Of a DNA stretch of 64,000 bases, positions 10,859 through 25,700 are shown in pieces. Position 1 is the first letter of the stretch, and every line of letters begins with the position of its first letter. The notes beneath the pieces were generated by a model, which saw only the letters and a program-made list of their open reading frames with translations, was not told where the DNA came from and searched no databases. The stretch comes from Trichosphaerium sp. ATCC 40318 (Eukaryota > Protista > Tubulinea): NCBI GenBank assembly GCA_038496445.1, contig JALMLS010000015.1:248001-312000 (forward strand), given 5' to 3'. A program made the position numbers and the translations under genes.

Positions 10859-11148
10859 ATAGCATGGTTATAAATCCAAACCTTGTACATTTGAGATAAC
10901 CTGGTTAACAATTTTTAACGCACCACTGGTGGCAAATAAAATCTTTCTGAGGTTTCATTCGAGTACAGTACCTTTTGATAAAAGCCAAAAATACAAGATT
11001 TTATTTCCAACCAAACCATTTTTAGTAATCAGGCCATTGCGTGTTACAGAAATTTAATACCTATTCACATTGTTTCAAATCAATCAATACAAACTGTGTT
11101 TTGTTTCGAGTTTACAATTCTGATTAGTAAGAATATTCTTCCAGAGTT

Positions 11149-12036
11149 TTATTGAGATGTCTTGTACATTGTAAGATCTACAACATTACTTGTAACAACT
11201 GAACAATGTCCAAAAACACATGAAAAAGAATTGAAGCTAGATTCCTTTTGAGTATTGACTTTGGCAAATACTTGAAGAGGAAATACATCTGGAGTTTCAT
11301 CACAGGCAACATACACTTGATAGACTTTGGTTTGTAGAGATAACCAATCAGGAGGTAGCTGAGATATGCTTCCAAACCATACTACAGGCTTTAATTTATC
11401 AAGAAGCAGTGGTATCTTAAATGAATATCTATCTCCTGGTTTCACAATGACTTCATAGTCATGTATACGCTCAAAACCTGTATCAAGTTGATGTTTGGAA
11501 TTGTTGAGAAAGCCACCGGGGTCCTTGATAAGAGGCTAGGATTTTGTCCACTGCCAAAGTAAACTATCTCATTTGTTTTACCAACGTTTTGAATTGTAAG
11601 TGTGAATGTTACTGTCTGACCTTTGTGAACATGGTTTTTGTCACAACTCAACTCTGTTATGATGTTTGGAAGAAGTTTGTTTCGATACTTTCCCTTCCAC
11701 GTGACTTCATTGAGATGATATAAAGTCTTTAACTCCTTTATGTGCCCAAGTGACTGTTCTTTTGCTAAATCACCTGTGATATATTGATGGACATCAGACT
11801 CTAGTTTTTACACCATCACGGCCCCATTTACGATAATACAAATGTCGATAAATGTAATCTGAGTCATTTCGTATTATTTGGCATAGATAATGGTTTGATT
11901 GTTGTAACGATGCCAAATCTTCCCATGTTAGGTCGTTACTAACAATAATATTTAAAAGTATCTCAACTGGAAGTGAAAACAAGTCACTGACTTCTGTGTT
12001 TAATGTATCAACGCACGTGATACGAATCGCTGCCAT
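11149..12036 (-). CDS. F-box protein with a beta-sandwich-like C-terminal region
   Basis: F-box LFSLPVEILLNII...DLASLQQSNHYLCQII; downstream GQTVTFTLTIQNVG. The 3' end is approximate. Confidence 0.7.
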
Positions 12037-13698
12037 TTGAACTGCTATTTACTTCAGTCATGAGCTTTCTAAAGCATTTGAAGCCATCAACTGTCACTAC
12101 CATAGCTGAACTGGTTACAAATTGCCATCGACATTGACAGGTATTGTTTCAACTATATTGGCCTACTCGATCCAAAACTATACTTGCAGAGGTCCACGTG
12201 TATGGTATATCAAAAAAGGTAAGTGACTTGTATTCTCAACACTAGCCTACTGATAACTATCTGAAAAACTACAAACACTTTCCTTCACACCTTTGTTATA
12301 CCAACTGCAACAGATGAATCGTAGCTATGCACTGCCATTTATGCATGCTGTATCGTTGTTGTTATTGTAGAAAGGGCACACTAGGGTACGACAGTAAAAA
12401 AGATCTAGACTCCGAAGAGCAAATAAGGCGTACTAACCACTATACTACAAGACCTAAGCCTTGCCTGGAATCGAACCAGAGTCTCCTGCGTGACAAGCGA
12501 ATTAAAATAACTACTGGATCTATTGATAGTTTCATTTGTACCATTTTTAAACACGATGAATTTCGAAAAAAAAAAATTGTGGTAAACACTTGTATGAATT
12601 CTTTCCACTTAGTGAAAAAAATTGCATGTAAAATTGCGTCAAAACGTGTCCTTAGTCTTCGTAAACTAATCACGCATGATAAACCTATTGCGAGACGTGT
12701 TGCGAAAAATTCAATACGATTTTCGTTTGAAAAAAGCTAGATTACGTAAGCGTTCCACACACGCTTACGGGCTTTAAAACGTACTGTTAAATGAGGATAT
12801 GGAGTGTGAAAGCGTAAAATTATGTTGTAAGCGTGAAAAACATTATTTACAAAAAAGACAAGAACTGTTGCCTAATAAGGAAAGTATCAGCATCTTGAGC
12901 ACATTGTTCATATTGCGTCAGTCCCTAAACGTATAAAAAGCTCCGTTTAGGTGGGAGCAGAAGGTACATACATTGTACAGCAGCTAATTACGGTTTGCTC
13001 TCTAAGATCGAGCAACAATACTCTAGACACCGTTACTTACGCGTAAAGGGAGTGCGGGCGTACAAAGAGCTTGAGAGTAAAAGGTTAGACAAATAGGCAA
13101 GCAAAGTACTTACCCTTGCGTGAACTTGTGCTTGCTTCTACTACTACCTCGGCTGGTAGTGGAGATCCGAAAGGTGCCGCAACTACTGGTGGAGGAGCAA
13201 TATAGCTATCGCAAGAAACTTGTGAATGCACTCCTGCTACATCTTGAGTCCATATCTGCAATAGAAAAATAGTGAGGAAACAAAACTAAAGGTAAAATTC
13301 ATACATTGAATTGATTGTTTGTTAATGTAGGAAAACAATGTGTATGTGAGTACTTTTGGCTCAAACACTATTGACATGTGTATTTTCACTAGCGCTCCTC
13401 ACACGCAAAAATAAAACTACTCGCTATTGACAACAGTTTGCTGAAAATGGACTCATATTGTTTGAGCCTGTTTTTATTCGTTTACTGTGACCATGTAGTG
13501 CTACCTGGTATCCGGCTAGTAAACCGGCTAAGTTATACAGCGGAGGGTGTTGATTCATTTGAAAATGTGTTAAAATACAATTCAATTAGTGGATTTGACA
13601 TGATTGAAAATGAATTTCTTGCAAAAACTTTACTACAGACCTTTATGTACATTTTACAAGTGAGCATTTTTCCAAAAAAAAATAATAAAGAGAAAGTA

Positions 13699-16600
13699 TT
13701 AGGTGTCTTGTGTTGGCTGAATCAGATTGAAGAATTGATTCCAAGTCATAGGTTGATAGGAGTTACTTGTAAAACTATGGCTCCTACTATGTACTAACAC
13801 GATATCTGCATCGAATGCTGAAGACACTATTTTACCCTTTCCAAGCTACACAAGAAAGTTAAAAAAGCGCCAAGCGGAATGATGAAAGACAAAAGAATCA
13901 AAAAAAATTACAAAAAATAGCATCTAAGACCTTTTGGTCTTTTTGGCTTTTAAAACATTGATATAAACTGTTATTTGTTTGTAGATGTTTAAGAATATTT
14001 GGTTTTTGTCAAGTTGATAGTGAGCAAGATGTTCTGGAGATTTTTTTAACTTACCTTTTCTACAAGGAATTTAAAATTATTTGTTGAAAAGTTCTTTGCT
14101 TCATTCTCTTTTCGGAAGCCATCCGAAATGAATATTTTCTTTTTAACAAATGGCTTTGTAGTTAATTTAACACCATAGTCAGTCTCATCAACAAAGTGAG
14201 CCTAAGTACCAAATATAAGTAAACTTTCTAATTTTCTTCAGAAACTTACCCTTGGCACAGATGCAGTTATCCACTCTGGAGAAACTATCCATCTACCGAG
14301 CATAGCGGCTACAAGTGTTTTTAATGTCCTCAACCCAGGTGGGGCAACCTAAATTACTTGATTAAACGAAGGTTGAAACCACAGCAAAAAGGTGATTAAA
14401 TAAGTGACTTACAACATGAGTTATTGATGAATCAAAACTTCCTTGTGATGCGTTCACCTTGCCACCCAATAGTTTGACTTTTTCTTCTAGGTACGCTCTC
14501 TTCTTTAAACTAAACTCAGAACTATCTTGACGGAAACCACTGAACATAATAACAACTGTAGAAGAGAATAAGCAACGTCTTATCTAAAGATCTAAAAAAA
14601 AACATACATTTTCTTCGTTTTCTCTGTCGGACTGTTTGTGAGTTTGGTACTGTTTGTGTCAACGAAATAGACTCCTTTTCACCGCTAATATAAGGTTAGC
14701 ACTAGAGAATACTGAAAAAGCATTTAAGCTGTACCTTGGACGAAGTACTGATTCCTTCTTTTTTCCGCTTCGCACTCTTACAGGCGCTGAAGCTTTCTTC
14801 ACTCGTCGCTTCTTAGCAGCTGGAGCTTCTTCAGGCGAGTTTTCTTCCTCATCCATTTCCTATTTATGTCAATCACTCTAAACCATAGGTTCATACATAC
14901 CTCTGTACGTTTGCGTTTCTTGGATGTCTTCTTTGGTGCCTTGGTCGCTTTCTTTTTAACAGGTTTTGCCTTTGGTTTTTCAACTTCGTCAGGAACCTTC
15001 TCCTCTGTATTTGATGCTGCTTTAGCCTTAGCCTTAGTAGACTTCGATTTCTTAGTCGTTGTCTATGATTAATGATAAGTAAGTACAATTACACATAGAA
15101 AAAGTTCTACCTTTGTTGCTTTCTTTGTTGGCGCCTTTGTTTTTTTAGCTGAGTTCTTTTCTGTTTCAACCGCTACTACCTCCTTCACTGGTACTTTCTT
15201 TGTAGGTTTTTTACTTGCCTTTTTAGCGGCAACTTTCTTCTTTGGTTTGATAACCTGTTCAGTTTCTTTGTCGGACTCTTTTTCGCTTTCTTGCTCAGCA
15301 ATGTTCTTTTTAGTTTTCGTCTTTGTAACTTTGGCTTTCTTCTTTTTGGGTTCATCGTTAAGTTCCACAATTTGACTTTCTGGTGGTGGCCTCTTCTTCG
15401 CCCTCTTTTTGCGTACTAGTTGTACTTCTTCCTCATCTTCTTCGACAAGATCGACAATGTTGTCACGTGGAACCTACAATTTGTCAGGTGGTTTTAGGTA
15501 ACGACGAAAGTACTCGAAAAAAAACCAACTTGTGCTTACTTGTTGTATTGGTTCTGGTGCAGGCTCTGGTTCAGAAGTATCATCGTGGTCAATGACAATA
15601 ACCTTCTTATTTAATTTACGCCTCTTCTTTGGTGGAGCGACTTCTGCTGTGCTAGTACTACTTTCAGAATCAGAGCTTTCTTCTTTTTCGTCCAAGGAAG
15701 AAGCCTTCCTCTTTCGACCCATCTTCTTCTTTATAGACTTCTCAGGATCTCTTTTTATAATAGGAGGTAAATAAGCGCTCTTAAATCGTCTATAGACAAA
15801 GTTAAAATCAAAGAATAGTAACAGCAAACAACCAAATAAAAAGGTAAGAAAAACCAACCTTCCACTAGATCGTGATGACTTTGATGACTTTCTTGAATAT
15901 GTTGATTTTGTACGTCTTCTTGATGAACTCATAGATGATTGTGGTTGTGATTGTAACACCATCATTCGTGATTGAATGTCAAACATTTGTTTCATCATTT
16001 CTCTTAACTATCAGAAAAATTTAGCAATTGAATGATACAGGCTAAACAATCTTCGTTTGTGCCTTTTCAGGGTCTTTCTCATCTCCATCAGCTTCAAGTT
16101 TTTTGAACTCTTCCATTAGCCTTTGACGTTCTTGTTCTGTAGTTTCCCTTGAAGAAGAAGCCAAACGCCTACGTTTCTTAGGTCTTTTGGTTTTCTCGCT
16201 AAAAAGAAACAATTAAAAAACAGACTTCCTAAACTCATTACGTCAACTCAAACTCATCTGCTTCTTCCCATTCAGCTTGTACAGCATCCAAAAGATTTCT
16301 AGAGTGCTCACGTATTAACCGTCTCTTAGCTTAAAAGAAGATTTAATAAAACATCATATGTAGAAATAGAGCATTGGTACCAGCTGGAGCTATTTTTACT
16401 TCTTGTGAGGCAGATAAATTATTTTCAACTTGTTTAAGAAGCTTCTTATTCAAAGGAGCATTATTTATCTTTTGTAGACGCTGTGCTAGCTTTTGCAAGC
16501 TCTTTTTTGACGCTTTATCTTTAACATCTTTAAAAAAAAATTAGAAAGATTCAATCAAAACCTTCCTCACCTTTAGTTGCTTGCTGTGTGAAAACACGCA

Positions 16601-19575
16601 TCTCCATTATTGTATCCTTATCTTTAGGCTCAAGTGTTATCAGGTTTAATATTTCAGGAATCTTTACACCAGATTGACCTTAATAACAAAAGATTGTAAG
16701 CACCATCCAAGTAAACTAATAACGTACCAATAGGATTCAACAATACTTCTTTGAGCAAATTCTTACCCAACCTATTATGTACATGTATCTTTGATCCTTC
16801 CAATCCACATTCACTTATACGCTCTGGAGATACCAGAGCAAGAGCATACTCAACCATTCCCATCAAAGGAATTCTCGATTTTAACGAGCGCCTAAGCCAT
16901 TGTTAAATACTTTGCATGGTGTCTAAGACAAACGTACTTTTCTGCAGTGCAAACCTTCATTATTGCATACATTATAGCCTTCTCAGTGATATCCAAATGC
17001 GCCTTACCGCCTACACTATAAGCATAGAAAAACACCCGAAGCACTTTTCTAGCTTTAACAAATCGTTCTGCAGCTGGATCAAACAACTCCATAAGAAGAT
17101 CACCAAGAAGCTAAAAAAAGAATTTGCTTATTAGTTAAATGGCTCACTTCCATCATTATAGAACTTACAACATGATCTGTAATTGCATCAACATAGAAAA
17201 GCTTTGCAAAGCCTTCAATGGCGATAGTTCGGATATCCTAACAAACAAGATAAGTATAATTTCTAAATCTTAATGAAGCCTTGTACAATATCCGGATCGC
17301 TTAACCAATCAGCCAACACTTGGAGCAAACTCAAATCTGACACATTCTCGAGTGCTTCTACACCATGAAGAAGTACAAAATCGAATAAAGTACGAACACA
17401 CAGCACTAAAGATTAGATCAACTTTTGATTGAATTGGTTTTAAATTTCTCTCTGTTACCTGTAACTTTCTCATCTGTATCAGTTGTAGCAACTTGTGTAA
17501 ATAGAGGCATGTATTGCTTGGCAACATCTCTTCCCATTAAACAATACAAGCCCAAACATTTCAAAGCTAAAAAACAGAAAATTAGCATCCAGTGAGCTTT
17601 CAACACTGTTTTTCTATCAAACTTACCTGAAAGGCGAATCTCAGCACTTGTGCTTGGTATACCAGGTAAAATAACATCTGTTGATAGACTGTCAATTGAT
17701 GGATGCTTCACTTGATCCTAAAACAAAAATAAACATTGCGTTTATCAAACCTTTTCAAGCTGTACCTTTCTCATTTGTTGTAGTAATTCCCCAGTTATAC
17801 TCAGTGCTGTTATTGTTTTATTTTCTTGTGCTTGCTTTTGTTGTGTTGCTAAATCCTCTTTTTCTGGTTCAAGGGGTACAAGAAGATCTGATATTATTCC
17901 TGTAACCTCTAGAATATACTCATTTCTCTTATCTGTAAATGTTTTTGCCATCACTTTCATTGCCCAATGTCTGGACTCAGAAGATAACGCTTCTGGTAAA
18001 TACAACCGCAACCACGTTTGCATAGCTTGGCGCCCTAAGAGTTGAATTAAAAGTGAACTCTAAGGTTATCACAAAGCTAAGGGTGACGCACCAACTTCAT
18101 CAGAGAAATCATATAAAATACATAATTGTAGTAACTGCTCCACTATGAATGTTTCTGAATCAATGAGTTGTAATAACTTTGTCATCTTTGATACTTCAGG
18201 TAACACCTGATCTATAATATCCTCAGCAATTTGCCAAGGCTGTAAAAAAAGTTAACAGTTAAAGTCTGAACTAAGTTAATACCTGTGTGTCGGTAACATA
18301 AAGGCAATAAACTCGATAATAGAATGCACGTTCAGATGTCATTTCATCTCTAAATCCATCAGGATCTGGTGTATTATCCTCAAAGTAACGGCGTAAAAAT
18401 ACTTCAGCATGTTCTGGGTTATGCTCCACATCAAGGAAAGTTAAAAACTACTCACAAAGTCAACAAAGAATAGCGTTATCTCTAATAAATTATCAAACCT
18501 CAAGTGGATCCTTAGCGCCGGAAGTTGAAATAACTGACAACCATTGTTTGGCTACTTCCCAAGCTTCTTGTTTGACATCACTTGCTGGATCTTCTATACC
18601 AGTTGCTATAATCTGTGCACATTGTTCAGGAGTAATATCATGTTGCCAGTCATCTGTATTTTGTAAATCATAATCGTTGAAAAACAAAGGATTCTTACCA
18701 TAACATTTTATGGACTTAAATGCTTCCCTCCTCATAGTAGATTCAACATCTCGTATTCTATCAATGACATGCTTTATAGTTTCTTTCGAAAGCCCAAGGT
18801 TATTCAAAATAGCGAGTCGTACAGACCTTACGAAAGAGTTAATAAATGTTCTATGAAAAGTTACATCATACAATGTTGGTTCTGATCGTAATAGCACTCC
18901 AAATAGTTCAACTACAGTGTCAGTTGGATCAGTTTCCTCTTGGAATTGTGCAATTGCTGTCACAGCCATTTCTCTAAGAGTTTAAAGTCAAATTAGGATA
19001 AAAAAGTTTGTAACGTTTAAAGTGAGTGATTCGAAGTTAACTTGTCCCTTATTGCGAAAAATACACTTCGTACCTGACTTGCGGGATTTTATCATTCAAC
19101 CGAACTTGCATACCCTCAAATATCTCCTGTAGTATCTCTTCGCTATAGAAATAATGTCAGGGGCGGTTAGATTAACCGTTGCGTACTCAATATCTGTTTC
19201 TTCATCAACCGTCGCTACAATACCCGCAATCATTTGACAGGAGCGATAGCGCACTGCTTTTTCTTTAGAACGTGTCAATTCCAACAGAAAATGAAGGAAA
19301 GACTCAACAAAGTCGCTATACGCGTTTTGTTGCTTTTTTGTGAGTTCTCCATCGGTTTGTGTAGCAAAACGAATGAAAAATTTAACGAGCCGTTCTACAG
19401 GCATTTCCTTCTTAAAATGAGTAGTCACTTTAGAAACATGCTTCTGGAAATGCTTTTTAAACCGACTAGGCTTCCTGAAGAATATTTGGCGTAAATCTTC
19501 AGCGCATTTGTCGTGCATGACAGCAGATTGCTGGCATTTTGCTAGAATAGCTGGTATATCGGCTACCTTGCTCAT
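13699..19575 (-). CDS. NCAPG: Condensin I subunit CAP-G with long Lys-rich linker and C-terminal BRCT domains
   Basis: CAP-G hallmarks VERLVKF, SKEKAVRYRSCQMI, RIRDVESTMRREAF, ALKCLGLYCL and IAIEGFAKL. Exons from ~16600 to 13699 join in frame into a BRCT (FVIMFSGF...LLGGKV...ITHVVAP...RTLKTLVAAMLGRWIVSPEWI). Confidence 0.85.
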
Positions 19576-19746
19576 CGCATTCTACGAAAAATAAACCAAA
19601 GTTCACTCAAAAAAAAAAATTTTCAACCGCAGAAAAAAAGTCAGCGTTTGGTAAAAAACTTCCGACACTGTTGAAGAAGCCAAAGGACGCTCTGGGGTTG
19701 AGCAGTACTAGTATATTACTGGCTAAAAGAATTAAAAAGAGGTGTC
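19576..19746. promoter_or_regulatory. Probable bidirectional promoter
   Basis: Only 171 bp separate the divergent ATGs at 19575 (-) and 19747 (+); contains poly-A tracts. Confidence 0.5.
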
Positions 19747-22700
19747 ATGAACCCCACACAATTATCGAAGCTGTATTGCTTGCTAGTGTCTCTATTAGCA
19801 CTTTCCGTACTGTACGTGTAGAACAGCAAACTTGGATTACGTTCTAGCGTAGATTAAAAAATTTCGCCTCACCGTTGTTAAATACGATTATCGCTACTGT
19901 GTGCGATTAACTAATAATCAACGTAGCGCTGAAATCGGACTCCCACCACCCAAATGCATTTTGCAAGCACCGGGATTAGTACCAAACGAACCAGTCAAGT
20001 TTCCCGTGCGTATATTAATTGCAGTACACTTTTGGCTATTTTTTTTTGTGCCACGTTGAGCGCTTGGCGTAGAAGATCACTTAACAGTTCTTATTACGCG
20101 TCGCTGACGTTATTGTAGACTCCTGAGGAAGCGCAAGTGATTGGTGACGCTTGCACCACAGATTGGCTTGTTGGTACACCGAATCTTTGCTGTACGGAGG
20201 AATACCGTACACAAGTAAAGAATGTACGTGTCAGCGTTTTTACTTTAACTATTTGAATTGCGGTTACATGCAGTACACTCGCCAAGAAATCCAAATCGGT
20301 CTTTACAGGCCATTTACGATTTGTTTGCGTTAATTTTCTTATTTGTTAAACAAACGTGCTTATTCGTTCGTTTCAGTCCACAACAGCCATACACCAAAGA
20401 CTATTTGAAGTATTGAACATTACAGCAATCACAGATCCAAACAAAAGCCAGGTTCGTTATTACACCAAATCTTTTTCGTTACTGGCGTATTTAACGGTAA
20501 ACTAGGAATGTAAAGATGCCATCGATGCTATATCTTGTATGCCTTGCTCGGGATATCAAGACTCCTATTTTTTTACGTACCCAGATGGTCGCACTGAGAA
20601 ACGTGTCAAATTATGTAGCACGTACGTAATAAGGCGTTGTTTGCCATCATACTCGGGATTGTGTTTTTTCTTAACGTTTGAATCCTTAGTTTTTGCGAAA
20701 CTTTGTACACGTACTGTGGCGAAGCTACTGTTACCAATCCAGCAACAAACGCAACTGTTGCAGCCAAGACATACTTTAAGAGTGGTAGAGATGTGTGTAA
20801 AGCAGTAGAAGGCGACTTTGGTGTTTTTGGTAAATGGGAATTTGATGTCTCATGGGACGAAGAATACACCCAATGTTTTGATCCTTCATACTTAGGTGAG
20901 AGTGGTTATTTTTATTCGAGAAACTTTAAAGCGCTTTTTCAAGTAAAAACATTCGAATGCTTTTTTTCTTTTCTTCGGTTGTACTAACCTTTTTGTGCAG
21001 AATGTAGTGCTGAAAATGCTATGTTCCTATATACCCCTTGTCAAGCTGGACATCGTGATATGTTTTGGGAAATAGAATCAGCATGCAGAGGTGGTCAACG
21101 TCTTCCAGCACAAAGACACATCAGGAGGATTCGCTGCCGTAAGTTTTTTATTTATTAATTCCTTAACCTTGTACTAAGACATATTAGCACAAAACTGTTC
21201 TGCCGGAGAGTACTTGGTACCTGGACAAGAAGCATGTGAAGCATGCGGTGAAGGAACTTACAGTCTTGGCGGTGGATTCCAGATTTTGACGTGGGACAAT
21301 AAAGCAACTATTGTCAGCCCTACAAGAAAAGTTAAGCCAATTGCTCAGATTGAAACAAATGCTGTTTTTGAGACGTATTGTATTAATACTCAGACAAAAG
21401 CTGTTATACAAAACTGCTCTTGGAGTTTCAATGGATCCTTTGCTGAGAGTAATATCGCTGGTAGACATTACGTTAAATCAGTACTAGAGATGGATGTCAG
21501 CGTACGTCATTTTACAATTTAGCTCTCTCAAGTTTTTTTTTCTCATTTTTTTTTATAGTTAGCCCGTGATGGTCAAGTTCGCTTTTTGGCTAAAGTGGAA
21601 GGTGAATTCAATTTCGATAGGTTAGAGTTTGTTGTTGATGGTCATGAGAAACACTGGATTAAGAATAGTATTGAACCTGTTGAGCAAACATTCCCTGTTC
21701 CAGGTGGATACCATAAACTCACTTGGGAGTACTCAAAAGATTTCTCTTTTTCAAGAGGCTCTGATATGGCTCAGCTATTTGTATGCTTCTTTTGTTAAAG
21801 TCTCATGTTGTTCCAAGCTAACAGTTTATTACTAGATGGTTGAAGTACTCGGTACTGGTCATGCTGATGATCGTTGTACTAAATGCCCAGTCGGTTTTCA
21901 TGCGAATGTGACCTCATCAGTAGAGTGTCACAAATGCCCTGCAAACACTCACAATCCTTTCAAGTACGCTAGGTTTTTTAAAAGTTGTTCCATCTTTAAA
22001 ACTCCAACAATGCGTTGTTATTAAATATTTCTTTAGAGGAGCTGCCAAATGTGATCCTTGTCCTTCAAACATGTACTCTCTTCCAGGATCTGGTTATTGT
22101 GACCTAAGAGAACGTGTGTTAAAAAAAAAAAGTAAATGATGCATAGCGTACTAACAAGGAATTACCTAGCTTGTTTACAAACCGATGCAGAGTATTACTA
22201 TGGTTCTTGTAAGCCTAATGGTTTGAGAACAAAATACTGGCGTTGGCTAGAGCCTGTTATTTGTGATAGCAGAGCTTCTGAACATTCCTATGTTCTACCT
22301 GGAAATTCAGAAGTTGAGTGCGGTAAGTTAAATTACTATTAGTTTCTTGTATACTTATACGAACATTAGCCGCATGTAATCCTGGATACCACCGTAATTC
22401 CGCTACATCTCATACTTGCTCTCCATGTCCAACTGGTCAATGGAGTCCTGGTGTATGTCTTTTTTTGTTTTTACTATCTACATACTCATTTCTTATTTTA
22501 GGGAAATGCTACGTCTTGCTTGAGCTGTGGTGTTGGACATTACGCTCCTTACACTATGTGGCTCAATACTTGGTCAAACTTCCCGCTTGGTACTGAAACT
22601 CACTGTGATGGATCATGTGGTAGCGCAGGATGGCGTTTGCTTGAGGATCATATTGATTCTGGTTCTGAGCATGGATATAACGTAAACTCTGTTCTTAACA

Positions 22701-25700
22701 TTCCAGTCAACATTTCAACTGAACAAATCACTGGATCAATCGAATTCCATTGGAGCATGGATTGTACTGTACGTGCTCTAATTTAACTCCAGAAGATAAA
22801 GGCGCTTTGGAAGTGTGAATCATTCCTATTTTATTTTCACTATTATTTTGGTGTTTCCTGTTAACTCTTCTTTCTAGTCTACTTGCTTTTTTGAGTTCTT
22901 TATTGACCAAGAATCAAAGATGAAGGTTAATGTACTATGTACGCAACTTGATTTTTTCTTTTGTTCTTTGATAGCAACGAATTTCATTCAACAGTTAATG
23001 AATATTCAATGACTTATTTTATCTTTTTTAGCAAAAGAGACTGGTCCTAAAATATCAGTTTTTGATATTCCAGATGGTAATCATACTCTTTCTTTTGTTT
23101 TCGGAAAATCTCCAGCAAATAGAATAGTAGATGCCAGTAAAGTTAAAATAACAGTACGCAATCTTTAATAATATTACATACCTCTTTTCATTTCTCACTC
23201 GCCACAGGAAATGATTATTGCTGGAGTTGTAAAAGGAGGTGCTGGTGAGTGTCTTCCTTGCCCAGCTGGAACGAGAAGTAATGGTAATACTGTCAGTTGT
23301 ACCATGTGCGGACCTGGAACATACAGTGGCCAGTACGTGGTTTTTGATAAAGTTGTTTAGAGATTTACTAATTTTTCAATTTAGAGGTGAAAGCAGATGT
23401 ACTAGCTGTCCTGCAGATACTGCACACAATCTAGAAGGTCAAGGCATAGAAGGTTGTAAAGAATGTGGTAAAGGAACCCAAACGGTTGCTGGAAGCCATG
23501 AATGTAACGACAATGCGTGCAGTTTTGTTGACGGGCCACATAAATGGTCTTTCAAGAAACTCTCAAGGTAAACATTCTGACTCTTCTTCATTTTTTATTT
23601 TTTTGGTAACTTATGATCGTTTAGAGAGGATACAATGTATGGTCCTATTTTTGATAGTTACCAACCTCGTCCATTCGCATACTACATCAATATTTGCTCA
23701 AAGTCACACACGAACTCTTCGTACTGTACTAATTACCATGATCATACCAAAACACTTCAGACATATGTATGTCAAATTGTTGATGGTGGATCAAGTGGAT
23801 TGAGTATGGATCTTGGTGATACCATCGTACGTTTCTTTTTGAGTTGACTCAAACTCAATATTTTTTCTTTCTTTCTTTGTCTTGTTTTGTGCCTTTGTTG
23901 CTTCGTGTCCTTGTTCTTATTGTTTTTCCATTAGGGTTATAAAAAGTATGTTCCTAAAGATAATAGTACCGACACTGGTGTTACAATTATGTACACTGGT
24001 GGTTTCTTGGGATGTGGTGATGAACAGAAAAACATTTCTGAGGTTGCAAGACAAACAGAGATTCATATGATATGTGATCCAAAAGCTGGAGAAGGAGAAA
24101 TCAAAGGTATTAAGCCTGTACACAAGGCTGGCTACGTGTGGGATAAAGTACCTACAGACCCTGAACGTTGTCAATATCAGGTACGTGTTTTTTTTTGAAA
24201 TCAAATTGCCGAAAAAATGTCGATTACTGTTGTGTTATCTTACCAATTAACCTCTAGTTTGAATGGCGTTCTGTATATGGTTGCCCTGAATGTAGTGAAG
24301 CAAACATGCATAAAGTAACATACCCATGTCAAAGTGGAAAGTATCATATTATTTCAACATGGAACAAAAACCCAAAAGATTGTCATGATGGTGTACCACT
24401 ATTGGGAACTGAAACTTTCCCTTGTAACAGTATGTCTTGTTCCAAAAGAACTCTATTTTAACTTGTTTACTATAGAATCAAGCCTCACTTGTAAAGACGG
24501 ACAGAAAGCTAGTGTAGATGGGTCTGAATGTTTGGTACGTTGACTACACAACTTTTTTTTACTTTGAAAAATAAATTGATCAACTTGTTGACTTTTTCAA
24601 AAAGGATTGTCCAGCTAATAGTTATACTGTTGGTAATGGTGAAAGATACACATTCAGAATCCATCAAACATTCCCACCAACATTCAAAACATCTTGTGTG
24701 AATAACAAGGGCAGTGTTAATCAAACTTGCCAACGTATGTTTCATTTCATCTTTTTTTCACCTTGGTTTCTCTTCATTAAAAAAAAACCTATTTAGCTTG
24801 GACCGTACATGGAGGTTTAGCAATGTCAGGACAACATCAGTCTAGCCTTTCAATCAAAGAAAACTTCTTAACGCCTGGAACTATAACGTTCCTCTACGAA
24901 TGTACGTAGTAGACAATCAAAACCACTTCTGAGAACTGTTTACTTATGTTTTTTTCAGCTCGTTTATCCAATCCACGTAACAAATGGAGTTTCCTTATGG
25001 ACGGTATTGAAAAAATGGAAGAGCGGTTCTCTAGTTTCGGAATTTTACCTTCTGATCCAATCGATGTACCAATCGGTACTCATACATTCGAGTGGCGCTT
25101 CTTGCGCTCTCATAAGGTATGTCTTTTTTGTTAATAATTTGTTTTTTATTGAACCTTCACGCGTCTTTTTTACTTACTATATGGCTTGTGTAGGGTGAAG
25201 AGAGTGGAGATGATTACCTTGGAATCCATGAGATTACATTGCGTAATACGACATTTGCTCCTCCTGTTTGTTACAACTGTCCTATCAATGAAGTAAGTTC
25301 AAGTTTGTTTTGTGAACTCTTTAACCTTACAAAATTAGTATGGTTCTGCAGAAAGAGACAGTTGTGAGCACTGCCCTGTTGATCATTTCCGCACACACGA
25401 CATGGACGCTTGCGAGCCGTGCCCAGAACAATATTATAGATTACCTGGCATGACCTCTTGCGAGTACGTTGAGATTTAGTACAGTAGCAACTTTTCTTGG
25501 TTTAATTAATCTTGTTTTCTTAGACAAATGGAAGAATGCGATTCTATTCGTGATTATGTTCCTGTATATGCTGATTGTGTGAACGGAAAGACAACTCTAT
25601 CATACCGACTAAGTACGTAGTATTAACCTTGTTTTGAATTCAGGGATAGCTCGAACTAACACTCTTTAATAGAAGCGTCCGCCAAGAACTGTTTCGGTGA

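Noticed and set aside
12327-12740. 137-aa ORF and overlapping antisense ORFs
   Set aside because: No recognisable domain or consistent splice model; probably intergenic.
12850-13330. Small minus-strand spliced gene
   Set aside because: One exon-like segment (~13114-13256) has plausible splice sites, but I could not build a convincing full reading frame.
16010-16062. GC-AG intron in the CAP-G gene
   Set aside because: A canonical GT donor 15 nt further on gives the same phase.
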